The notes: a model not told the origin generated them from the letters alone. A stretch of 54,998 nucleotides of DNA, filler included, from Catajapyx aquilonaris (GCA_000934665.2; 2 parts of 2 records of this genome joined end to end with filler, not necessarily neighbours in it); one strand, 5' to 3'. Counted from the first letter of the whole stretch, positions 24,711-42,925 are shown. Program-made: numbers and translations.

Positions 24711-25125
24711 ATGGCGGCCCACAATGGTGCAGCAGCGCCCGGGAACGATGGTGAGTTATGGAAAGCACAAAACGGCTATCAAACCGCGATAGATCACTAT
24801 CAGAGAGTGACACGGAGGATCCCCTCCAACAGATCGCCCCCAAAAAGGTATGCCACGCCACAGAGGGGTAAGAACGGTGGTAACAAGCCCCGTAACAAGG
24901 AGGACAGCTACGGGCGAACAAACCCGAACCTCCTGGCACGATCGATTGGCCAATACAACGTGAAGCCCATTCAGTTGTGGATCCTGAAGTCGGGCGATCT
25001 CCGGGTCAAAGTGGCCACGGAGGAAGAAGCGGAGAAACTCTCCGCAGTAAGGGAGATTAGCGGCATCCCTTGCAGCGCGACCGCTAGCTCCCAGACGATG
25101 CGCTTCCGGGGCCTAGTCAAGGTTC
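24711..25125 (+). mobile_element. LINE (I-group-like) ORF1/gag N-terminal fragment, in frame with the following P/THAP9 piece
   Basis: NPNLLARSI..ILKSGDLRVKV..EAEKL..ISGIP..RGLV; sharp GC drop near 25130. Confidence 0.55.
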
Positions 25126-25326
25126 AGGGAGCGAGCACGGATGCACCTGGTGCAAACTGTGCTAGTGATGGTGATACAATTGCAGTTTTCTTAAGTACTT
25201 TTGTGGGAGAAATGTCCCGTGCCATGAAGAAAACAACACCTAGAGAAGTACAAGGCAGAAGTGAAAATGCGCATGGGCTGCATCTCTCAACCCAGCATGT
25301 GCCGTTGAAAGGAGGCATCCCTGATT

Positions 25327-26338
25327 TACCTGCAGAAAATGCGTTTTGTTACCTCTGCGGTTTTATTGCCAAAAAGTATGTGACCTTTGTACATGGATGT
25401 CGCACTTGTGAAAAGATTGTGAAGAGTAACCATCAAAGTGACCCAGGCACAATTGTCATAGCACATAGGCAGTTCAGCCATTGCTCCCTCACCTATCCCA
25501 AAGCAGAGTTGTCCACATTCTTGCAACAGTGTGAAAAGATTTATGTGCAAGTCATTCTCCATTTTCGGCCCTGAACATTATGTGAAAAAATATTTGGCTC
25601 TGATTAAACCATCAACATACATACGTACTTGTAGTAAGCATGACTTTGACAGATTGGTAGATTTCTACATACGAGTGAGGATATACTTTTCTTTGCATGG
25701 CTCGAATAATAAGCTTACCTAGAATCAGATAAGCTGCCTCTGCCTGACTGCCGCTCTCAATGTTACGACAAGTTATGTCCGGTCATTTATCTGGGGTGCA
25801 ACAAAGAATTTTACATCGGAATCCCAAAGCTTTGTTTATGAATAATTGTGACAACCACCGCCTAAATTGGGTCGGAATGCATGCTGCTGGAGGTGAAATT
25901 GTGGCTGTCACCTTCTTTGGAACTGTGGACGCAATATATGTATTCTTCTCTCAATCAACAATATATTCGGTGGCATCTATTAGCTGGTGCTGGTGTGTCT
26001 GTCAAAAGAGAGTCAGAAACTCGTTGGAGTGCCTGAGAAGCTGCTGCTACAGTTCTCCTTGGAGAAGATGGTGAGATTGTGGAAAGTCAAATGTCCATGG
26101 GTAACACAGGGTACCAAGTCATCATTGCAACCTCATTATTGTGAGGAGACCTGCCACAAAATTTGCACTGGAACGGAACCCAAAGGACTTTGGACCCTGT
26201 CCTTATTGTCTTGGATTCTACCTGAAACCTGATATCCGGCGACATGGAAACACCTGTTCTCAGAGAAGACACAAGGAGGGCGATGAAAGTGAAACAAATG
26301 TGAAAAACCCCGTTCCTCTTTGAAAGATACACGGCAAA
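25327..26338 (+). repeat. About 1-kb chimeric cassette, copy 2 (P/THAP9 sequence extends upstream to about 25130)
   Basis: Collinear, near-identical to 19268-20277 with scattered substitutions and small indels. Confidence 0.85.
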
Positions 26339-26884
26339 TTCAGTCCTTGTTGTATAGTAGTAATATTAGGAAAGGTGGAATACATATTATATAATACACC
26401 GTATACTTGGCCTGATCGTATGAAGACTTAATCGATTTTTATTTAATTTTTCCAGCACCAAGGACCTGTATTTGTCTACATCTGGCTGGGAGTAGAAATG
26501 ACATACCTTGGGACCCATTTAGTAGTGGCTGGAGCGGAGGATGTCGTCGCCCTGATAATTAATGTCGCAAAGATCCTTACAGCCATGCACGCGGTGGTGG
26601 TGTTGGCGATTTACTGTACTAAGGTAGGCTGGGCTACTCGTAAATGTCTATTGGCTCGTTTTTTATTTTATTGCGGTAATGAAGAAAAGAGGGCCAGCCG
26701 GAAGGACTCTCGTGCAAGAAACAGAGGTCTAAGCAAGTCTCACAAGCGCAGCGGTGTCGAATTGTGCGGGGAAAAAGTAAAATACACTTAAACCGATTCG
26801 ATCAATTAAGCACCTGCGGGATGGAATAATTTCGTATGCTTCGGGCCAGGGAACAGCACAGCATCTTCTCAAGTGGGGGCTTGC

Positions 26885-27020
26885 TTCCGGACCAATGCCA
26901 CTGAAGTTATCACGTGGCCGCAACTGAAACTCCTGGAGGACGCATTCACTGCGAACCACTACCCAACGGAGGATGACCTGGAGCGCCTTCGCTTCACAGT
27001 CGGTCTCAAAAAAGAACGAA
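26885..27020 (+). pseudogene. Homeodomain fragment (helices 1-2, recognition helix absent)
   Basis: VITWPQLKLLEDAFTANHYPTEDDLERLRFTVGLKKER; no WFQN after it. Confidence 0.6.
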
Positions 27021-27449
27021 TGGACTGTGGTGTGGCATCTGGCGTGATATGGCGATTGAACAAACTCTAATAAAGTCAATGTAGACAAGCGGTGGCCTCA
27101 CTCATGGCAGTGGAGTAACTGCAGGCGTTGTGACAAGATGGACACAAGGGATGACAGCACTGCATAATGTGTGCCAAGAGATTGAGCACTTTACGGGAGT
27201 GGAACTCGCAACGTCAGAACAACACGTTGCAAAAGCGAGACAACACTGACGCACATAAGTTGCCGAATTGGTTCCACAAATCCTCCTTTCCCAGAGACCA
27301 CTGACCTAATGTCACTAACAGTACAGGTGTTGTCGCAAATGAGAAGATCAACTCGCGGGCTCAGAAAGACAAGGTTCTATCTGACATTTTCGTAAATATT
27401 GACTTATTGGTATACAGGGGTTCTATGTGACATAATCTTTCAGTGATAA

Positions 27450-27549
27450 NNNNNNNNNNNNNNNNNNNNNNNNNNNNNNNNNNNNNNNNNNNNTTAATTA
27501 ATTAANNNNNNNNNNNNNNNNNNNNNNNNNNNNNNNNNNNNNNNNNNNN
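27450..27549. other. Assembly gap with artificial TTAATTAATTAA linker
   Basis: N runs flank a 12-mer that places stop codons in all six frames. Confidence 0.9.
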
Positions 27550-27798
27550 AAAGGGCTATCGTTCTCAAGGTAGGAACTCTTCAACATGATGAAAAATGCG
27601 GTGTAAATTGAAAAATCACGCAACAGCGTAATGCAATAGCAAATGATGGGGTGGGGTGAGGTAAATATTTATTTATCTCACATTAGGGCACTTTCGAGCA
27701 GTCAATTTCAACAACATCTGAAAGTTTAAAGGCAGGCCTTTCATGTGCAAGTGATATCTCAAGTTGAAACAGCTTGACGCCTCTTTTTCGCCCTGAAA

Positions 27799-28663
27799 CA
27801 GGGTTCGAAATTAACCGGTCGCCAGTCGCATTTCGCGACTTTAGGTTATCCATTGGCGACTGAATAAAGATGGCTAGTCGCCACTTTGGCGACTAGCTTT
27901 ATTCCCTCCCAAAATTGTATTTCTGCCTCGTATTTTCAATTTCGTTCCTGCAGTTCTGATTCTGTTGGTGGCTCATTATCATGAAGCGCGCCTGGTATTT
28001 ATTGGGGTCCTCACTCCGGGGGTCAAGTTCAAGTTCCAAGTTGGGGTAAATATGATGGTTGCAGGATAGCAGGAAGGACTCGGCTACGCGGGGTCACAGC
28101 CAGATGTAGAGGAGGGGAAAGGGGAAAGCGGGACAGGCGACAGAATGGGCATATATGGAGGGGGGGACAGGGGAGAGAGAGAAGTTTCGAAATAGTCTTA
28201 GATAGTCTTTCGACTGATTTCGAGTCGCAGTCGGCAAGAGAGGCGGATCGGACTCGAGAAGTGCTCTCCCGAGGAAAATGGCAAACGCAAGATTTCGGAT
28301 TTTTTTGTGGGCAGTAGCATTTCCAAAGTCAGCAAACCAGCTGACGAGGAAGAAGAGGAGTCTGCCAGCATAAAATCAACACCGAGGAACAAAGTGAATA
28401 CATCATTGATGCGATTTGCATAGGCTATTATTGCAGTTCCGTGTCTAAAAAGAAGCAGTTGGTAAAATACTAAAATATTATGCTTCTGAATTGTGAAGCA
28501 TATTAATGCTGTACACTATAACTATAGGCGATTTTATGCTGTGGCACAGTAATGATATATAATAAAATAAAATAATGGCGACTAGACATACAGTTTTGGC
28601 GACCATGCTATACATATCAGGTGCCACTGGCGACCTGCCTACGTATCCCAATTTCGAACACTG
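27799..28663 (+). mobile_element. Non-autonomous hAT element
   Basis: TIRs cagggttcgaaatt / aatttcgaacactg; 8-bp TSD ccctgaaa/ccccgaaa; subterminal ggcgac motifs; KRKISDFF remnant near 28285. Confidence 0.85.
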
Positions 28664-28999
28664 CCCCGAAATGCATTTTTTTGATGCTAGTGGCCTTCAT
28701 AGCCTATCGCCGGGAAGTTGAACTGGCTGGTTCTGAGCTAATAGCATATGCCTCGCCTCGTGGTCTTGAGGCATTGTTTTCTTCTCGCGATTTGGATGTT
28801 ACAGCTACTTTGTTACACATAATTAATATCTTCGATTATGAAAGATACAATTAGGCCTATTATTTTATGCAGAATAATCGAAATTCCTTCAATGTAGATT
28901 TCCATCTTGGATCAATCACTTTAATCTTTCATTTTTGACATCGCATTCGGATTTCGAGTCTCAATAAACCCCCTTACGACTGTTTTTGTTCAGAGGAAG

Positions 29000-29330
29000 G
29001 ATTTATTTATAGATTTTTGGCCATGTCATGCTATTAGTCCTGCTGTGCTACAGTGCTTACAAGTATATTCGCCTCCGTATTGAATTCGCCATATAGAAAA
29101 TTATATATTTTATCAACAGATTTCAACTGCGCGTGACTGCGAGTCTAGGAAAACCCCTACATCCCAATTTTCAGTGAAATGTGATCAGTTTTATGTTATG
29201 CGTCCGCCATATTGGATCCGCCATATTGGATTATGTATTTTTTGCAACAGATTTGAATTCCCAGTCTATGAAAACCCATGAATCCTCATTTTTGTTGTCC
29301 TCAAGTAATTTTATCATGTTATGGCTACCT
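29000..29330 (+). repeat. Interspersed repeat, same family as 5833-6075
   Basis: cgccatattggatccgccatattg and agatttgaattc..atgaaaaccc shared. Confidence 0.6.
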
Positions 29331-29641
29331 TTTTCCGATTCTGTCCTACTGTGCACTGGCATGGAAAAATATTTATCACCCATACACACCATCAAGGCAA
29401 CGAGAGTCCCAAATTTCAGCCTTTTGCCTTATAAGGAATTCCGAGAAAAACTTTGGACAAACTGACAGAAGATAACAGACATCACATGTCTACATTGGAT
29501 AATGCCATGTTTCAACTCATCACACTAATCAGTAATAAGGATCATCCAGTAAGTCATTCCCATGTATCAAGCACCTTCACTGAATTGTCACCTGAGGCCT
29601 GACTTGCAACATTGTGATCCCTGTGATTTACGTCCATAATA

Positions 29642-30059
29642 CACTACTCCCAATTATCCATGTTGTGGTTTATCCGTGCACAGCCAAAAAATAATAATTT
29701 CAAATTAAAGAATGAAAAAATGGGTCGACTTTTCGCCCCAATGCTAGATACTGCTACCTTAGCATTACCAGTGCAAATTAAGTTAGCAGTAACTAGCAGT
29801 GGGACGAAAATTTGACCTACTGTCAATATGTCTCACCAACGAAGAAATGTAACATTTTTTCTAGAAGACAAAGTAAAAATCTATGGTAAGTTTTCTTATT
29901 TTGATGAAATCCAGCAGCATGCACTCTGTGCAGTAGAACATTAAAAACCTGTGAATAGCTAATTTTTACGGTTTCTATGACCATTTTCCCGATTATCTGC
30001 GTTTTTCGATTATGTGGCGACACCCATGCAGCCATTAGCCTGGATAATTGGGAGTAGTG
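29642..30059. mobile_element. MITE (Tc1/mariner-pogo type) with TA TSD
   Basis: Perfect 19-bp TIR cactactcccaattatcca / tggataattgggagtagtg flanked by TA. Confidence 0.85.
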
Positions 30060-30541
30060 TAAAACTCAATCCACTTCTGTAAATTACTGCTTCAATGAAT
30101 CCAAAATCACTACATTCAACTAGGGTAATATCGACTTAAATATTATCAAGCAGCCAAAATCCATGAGAAAGTGAGCCTACCCTGTCAACAAGTGTAATTA
30201 TTGTACATTGAACCAATGCAGCATCTTCCAATCCTTACTGGACACAGCAATATGAGCCCATTTATTCTTTTTCAGAAGAAAAAATTAACCAAGTGGCCTA
30301 GTCAAATGGTTAGGTGTTCAAGCTATCATTTGGGAAAGTTATGGATTCACTTCCCCCCTCCTGGCTTCCTTTGAGAATGACCATGGCCACTTCCATCCCT
30401 CCCTGCCTCCTTTATGACATCATACACAAATCTGACCAATTCCTTTCCTTCTTCCAAGTACTTGGTAATGGTGAGAAAATACGCTTTGCAGCCAAAATAC
30501 CTGTTCCCTATGAACCAAGCATGTTGTGTGACCCAACTGAC

Positions 30542-36707
<6,166 letters not shown>

Positions 36708-37701
36708 TCGAACGGGTCGGAGGCTGCTCACAGCCAGCCGGCGAATGGAAGCGGTCGCGGGCCGATTTGGGAGTAGCAAAGATGCTGCTTGGGCCTAGCA
36801 GCTACGGTGCGCATAAGCCCGCCGAGACCAAGGCTTTACAGCACACGGCGCAGGGAGGGAACACGGGTGCACTGCATGCTGATTGGAGAGGAATGGTGGG
36901 AGAGACCAATCATGGAGAGATGTTGATGCCCATGTTGAAGCGTGTTAGTACCCAAAATGGGGCTGAGGTTTACACGATCCTGGTGGTGTCTCAATGCGCG
37001 TGCGCTGGAAGGTCTGGCATGTCGTGATTGGTGGACTGGCAGTACGACTTCAGCACTGGCGGGTGTAAATGGTAAGCGCGCGCAATAATCAAAAGGGGAA
37101 CAATTGGATCAATGCTTAGAAGGCCATTTGAGAAAGAATAGTAGAAAAATTAACCATTATCGCTGTAGATTAAGATGAAACATGCCAATATCAACTAATC
37201 TATGTAACTATATTCAGAGCTACAATTCCTGATCACTCGGACTCTCTATACCCGGATCCAAACAAACACCTGCTCTGACTGGAAAATGTGAAAATTTTAA
37301 ATGTAAAATCGTCTGCAGTCCACTTCCAGATTACATGCCGCATCCAAGGATTTTTGCACACTAATTAGTAGCAACCCGTCAGATCCCCAAAGTAAACTAA
37401 ACTAACGCAAATGTAATTTGGCATGACTATAAAAACGTCGTTATCATGGCTGAAACAAAATTGTAACTATACACTGCAGGTCGCTCACCACAAACCCAAA
37501 GAGCTCTTAGCACAAACCTTAACACTGCACCACTGATGCAAATTTATTTCACCCATTGTCGCACACTGATGGTCGCACACTCTCGGCTAAATGATGCGTC
37601 TTTATTGTCAGGGAAACGCTGTTGACAGGTGGTATTAATTGTCAAGAAATTTCAAAGATATTCCTGGTCTTCGCCAGAAACTGTAAAATTGTCATTTATA
37701 A

Positions 37702-39893
37702 ATGCAGATGCTGTGCACTTTATCCATTGCTCTGCTTTTGCTAGGATCGTCATGCGCGGCACTGGTCAGGTACAACCACTCAGGTGGTCAAAAGCAGTGC
37801 TGAGTTCTTATTGTCAGGCATTGATTTGTTTCTCTCCAGACTTCGTCTCATGCAATTCAAGCCGGGACCAGAAGTCACTGTTAGAAATGGCAGCTCCCTT
37901 AGTAAGCAGCAAGGTGGGTTACCGACAGACCTCCTCAGAAATTACCAGGATGTGAGTTGACAATGCAGAAATTTTATTGGAACGTGTGTCAATAATGCTG
38001 CAAGAATAACCTTAATCCTATATTACCAGTCCCAGTATTACGGCTTCATAACCATCGGTCATCCACCGCAAGTTTTCAGAGTGATTTTTGACATGGAATC
38101 ATCCGACCTCTGGGTCTACTCAGAACTCTGCCCTTGGTCTGAAAATGCATGCTGTAAGAACCCCCAACATTTTTGGCCCTCATTTTGATTCGAATCACAG
38201 GCCATTCCTAAATGCTTACAGCCAATCGCAGGAAGTATGACGGAATCAAGTCTTCCACGTACATTTCGGATGGCCGATCAGTGCAGATCAGATTCACCCG
38301 AGGATACACCGCAGTACTTGTCAGCGGATATCTCTCCAAAGATGACGTTCACGTTAGTATACACTGTAGGCTATATTCCCCGAATCCCATTGTGCTCACA
38401 GTCCCCTCGTGCAGTAGACATTAAAAAGTTCTGGAGGAACATGTGAAGCAGGGACAGGTAAGAGGGCTATATTTATTTCAGTAAAGTAAACAAAAATGAG
38501 ACGAAGTAAGTTATGGTTGACTTTTGCAATAATACAGGGTGATTCCACTTGCTGTAGTGCTCTCTTTTTTTGCGAAAATATCTCAGGCGAGTGTAAAGAG
38601 TAAAATCACTATGCAGATATTGTCCAAAAACAGGTCTGCTCAGCGAGTGCTGGATGACTATAGCCACAACTTGTACTAATGAATCCAACTCGCATTTTTC
38701 CAGTTGGCGAACGTGACTGTAAAAGGTCACACCTTTGCTGAGATAACCCACTCTGAGGATCACCCTCCCTCGACGAAGAGGAAGATTTTTGATGGGTATT
38801 TGGGACTGGGATACCCGTCCCTCTCGACCTCCCAAGTCCCCGTGCTCTTCGCCATGATGGAGCTGAAAGTGATCGAGAGGCCCATCTTCACTTTTTTTCT
38901 AGACAGGTGCCCCCCTCTTGGCGCGAATTCTCATTTCATTGATCAGAAGGGGGGGGAGGTAATGGCTTGACCATAATAAATTATCTCCAAATGTTTCAAT
39001 GCAGGGACGATCCCCCATACTGCGAGCTGACCCTGGGCGGATTGAACCCAGATTTCTACGTGGGCAACTTCACATGGTTTCCGGTCAGCAGGCAGGGCAT
39101 GTGGCAGTTCCACCTTGACGCGATGCACGTGGAGGGAGAGTCGATCGCCTGCAGGGGAGGATGCGAGGTCGCATTGGACTCTGGAGTCCATCTCATCCTG
39201 GGACCGCACAGTGAAGTACGCGAAATACACCGACTCATAGGTGTCCAATACAACTACCACTACAAGGTCTTCACGGTGAGTTAGTTGTGTGTGGTCACAT
39301 CACTTGTATTGTGAACACAGCCACATTAATAACCATATATGGATCTCTCAGGTTGACTGCAATGAAGTTGAGTCGCTGCCACGACTGAGCTTAGTCTTCG
39401 GAAAGACCACCATCCACCTGAACGGCAGGGATTACATCTGGAAGGTTAGTGAAAAGGGTCGTGCATTTATCACGTACCATAATGCGAGAGTGGGAATCGC
39501 ACAGGGTGACGAATTTTCACTATTATAGGGAAAGTCTGAAAAATCACATGTGGACGACCCTGCTTCGGAAGTGTGACAATAATAACCGATACTTCTTCAT
39601 CTCCGTCTTCTATCTTTCCTCTGCAGGTGAGCGATTTGTGCGTGTCCGGTTTCGGAGGGAAGGGCTACTCCCTGGACGAACCGGACTGGATATTCGGCGA
39701 CGTGTTCGTCAGCTCGTATTATTGCGCGTTCGACATGGGCAATCACATGATTGGAGTCGCCCAGGTGGACCGAAGCTTGGGCGATTACGACGGGGTCCAA
39801 TCAGATGCCGGTACCAATGTGGCGTCTGGTCCCAACTCAATTCAACTTGCTTTCGGAATACCACTAATAATTATAATATACATTTTGATGTAA
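37702..39893 (+). CDS. Pepsin/cathepsin D-family (A1) aspartic protease-like protein, 422 aa; exons 37702-37769, 37840-37951, 38030-38153, 38222-38352, 38704-38906, 39005-39275, 39352-39444, 39627-39893
   Basis: Signal peptide MQMLCTLSIALLLLGSSCA; NYQD|SQYYGFITIGHPPQVFRVIFD, SSTY, FDGYLGLGY, WQF, LDSG, VDC..LP, WIFGDVF, FDMGN; splice phases sum to an open frame; hydrophobic C-terminus. Confidence 0.92.
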
Positions 39894-41251
39894 ATATTAT
39901 TTGAGTTTTATTAATGAGCATCCCTCAAATTGTTATCAGGATGCGTGTAGCCTAATGAAAATGATTAAGAATGATACGGTATTAATCGGACTAAATCACT
40001 TGAAATGCCTTAATAATCTAAATAACCCGGTTATCTCTTTCTTCTTATCGTACGGAAATCTTCCCATCTCCAAGCATCCTGTAACGTAGCTGCCACATTC
40101 ATATAAGGTTGTGTGTTGGCTCTCGTACGCAACAGAAAGAACATGACAACCCACTGTCAACACATTTGTACAAGAGATAACTTAAATACATAATCGTAAG
40201 TCATGCCCAAGAAAAGGCTGCGTGTTGCGGTTCGTCATCAGGTGCCCCATGTATATCCTGGCAACCTGGCATCCTGCATAACAAGAGAGGCACTTGGGTT
40301 GCCCTAAATAGTCAGGATATCTAGCCCACTAGACTAGCCCTCCCAAAGGATCACCGGGGTGACGAGCTGTGTGTCAAGCAGGGATGAGGGTTCCACACTC
40401 CAGTTGAGTCTTTAGCTACCGATTCTTTTATTTGGGAACAGTTGCATTTTTAGGCTACGGATTATTTACAAAAATACAGAGGCTAAAAATGGACCTGAAT
40501 TGCAATGAAGGTTCCAAAAATAAATTATCTTGACGAAAGGCAGAGTAGCATGGAAGGTAAGTTCAAAAATATGTCCAGATCCATCCACGCACCTATAGGT
40601 CAGAGGTCATATTTTTGACCTCCATAAGAAATTGGCAGTTGAAATTTAATTTCGGCTAATTTTAAAGCGCATTCTCCTAATAATTTGGGCACAATATGCA
40701 GGCTGTAGGAAGCAAAAATATTGCAGAGTTTAGTTATGAGCCGATGAGTAGCGCGTGATGTTTTCCGACTGTTGAATTTGTATCATGGCGTCATCATTTG
40801 AATCATTGAACCATTGGAATTTCAGACGACTGAAAAAAAAAATCCCACGAACTTTTCTGGCAGCGCCGACGAGGCCCACATGTCAGTCCAGTTAAATTTT
40901 GCATGGTCTTTGCAGAATCTGACGCGATAACCGCCAGCCATTTAAAAAAATAACTTCGGTTAGCAGCTACTTGCACTATTAGCTACTTTATTGCTGATCA
41001 TTCTTCTTTCTTTGTTTGCTTCAGTTGTTCGAATTTTAAATGAATCCTTACATTTTTATTTCGTTATTAAAATGGCATTGATTGTGGAAGTATGTTTGGT
41101 TATACGTTGTTTTTTTTTTCGTTCTGCGTTGCCCCTCGACCGGGGCCTCGACCAACCATTTTTCCGTTCCATTTCCGCCATCTTTCTTTTCCGTTCGGAC
41201 ACTTGGGCTCGTCGGACCTGAGACGCCAGACGGGGATAGGCCGGCTATTGC

Positions 41252-42925
41252 ATGCCCGGTGACGGGTCGTCCGATCAGAGAAGAAGAAGGCAGCAGGCCC
41301 AGCCGAGGAGCCAGCACTGGACATACAGCTACATCCATAATACCATAATGGTGATTGTACAATGGGGCTGGGGGGGACATAAAATGAGGGGAATAATCCC
41401 TCTCTGCAAGCTGATGGTTCATCATGTTCTGTTCTGTGCGCGTTTCAGTCCAATCTTCTGGGAGGTTGTAGGCCAGCAAAGCAGGAGAGCGGGAGGCAGG
41501 AGGCCCCTGCCAGACCCACCAGGAGGGAACGCCGGCTGTGCTTCGACACTGAAGAAGACCGGCAGCCGTATGGGGCAGAGGCGTCAGGAGGATATGAGCA
41601 GTCGTGTGCAGGAGGATATGACAACCTGCAGCAGGCACATGCCTGTATCTCACCCCAGCAAGTGATACCAGTGAGTGGGTCTTCTCACAGTTCTTTTTGT
41701 ACTATTACACCTGGTACGCTGATCATGTCTTTCTTGTGTGTGTTCCAGTCCAACAGTCCAGAAGGCAAGCCAGAAGGCCAAAAGGTGCAAGGCAGCGGCA
41801 CAGGGAATGCCAGTCCCAGCCCCACCGTGGCACAGCTTATTCCTCTTCTGGCAAATGTGCAGTTAGGTGAAGATGAACCTGATCCTGAAGAAGCTCCTAA
41901 CATGCACGTGCTGCCTATGCAACGCAGGGGGCTGCGAGTCCAAGTTGTGAAAGCGGTTAGTGCATTGTGTGATTCATGTCACAATACTTGCTGCCATTAC
42001 ATCCATCCATAGACAAGTACTGTTGCAGATGAACAATGCATAGAAATCTAGTTGCACATATTCACCCCTACAAGCTGCAGTAATTGTGTATATTTTATTT
42101 ATAGGGACATCGCGACCTACCATAATATTCAAGTGTCATTGTTAGCATTCATCTCATCTGTAAACTTTAAAGAGTTGGTCAGTGCCACACATTTTCCCCA
42201 CTATTGCTTACATTCGCTTGGCTTGTTTTATTGCAATCATTAAATTCCTCAGTCTGTTCCTAACATAACTGATACAACATTCTGTCACACTCTCTGCTGT
42301 TCTTTCCACCACCTGTATGTACATTCCATTTCAAGGGCATTTTGTTGTGTGTTCTGTACACACCATTAATGGCATATGTGCAACTTGCTTGTCATTGTAG
42401 CCAAACCCTCAAGTGTTCCTGCACAGGGGTATGACTCGGAAAGAGCCTCAACTGGTCAACCAGCCTGCTGAGGAGGAGGAGGAGGGTGCAACATATTGTT
42501 TCATCGAAGAGGTGTGTACCATAAATATAATGTGCTTCTGTATATTTTTTTTCTCTATGATGTACACTTTAAGTTCAAGTGTGAGTGAACATGGCTCATG
42601 TTTTTTCACACATCCTATTCATTTTTGGGCTTTCCAGTCCTGCGTCTACCGAGGCCCTGAGCTCAACACCCCAGAGATCAACAATATGGTGGCCCGTCTG
42701 TTCAACCAGCTCAAGCACAAGCCGGAAGGGATGACCGTGCCAGAAGCCCTTGAGCACCTGCACTCCTATCCACACATGCTCAAGAAATTCCCCCTCCCTC
42801 CGCACCTGAATAATGAGGGCATGCTCATCTACTACTTGCAGCGAACCAATTTTCAGCTGCTGACAGTGGGGGAAGATTCCAGGATCCGCACCAAGACGCA
42901 GCATAGGGCCTACTTCAAGCTGTGA
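41252..42925 (+). CDS. Unassigned 308-aa protein with C-terminal winged-helix-like domain (gene B1); exons 41252-41350, 41449-41670, 41749-41955, 42401-42511, 42638-42925
   Basis: Four phase-0 GT-AG introns give one open frame; exons 3-5 are homologous to the minus-strand paralogue B2; first exon least certain. Confidence 0.7.

Noticed and set aside
30347..30541. LSD1 exon-5 frame continuing 65 codons as an alternative C-terminus
   Set aside because: Similarity to LSD1 stops at a good donor (agg|gtcagt); the extension looks intronic
27550..30541. LSD1 read-through as the promoter for the candidate piRNA cluster
   Set aside because: Adjacency across the linker gap is unproven and the LSD1 3' exons are missing
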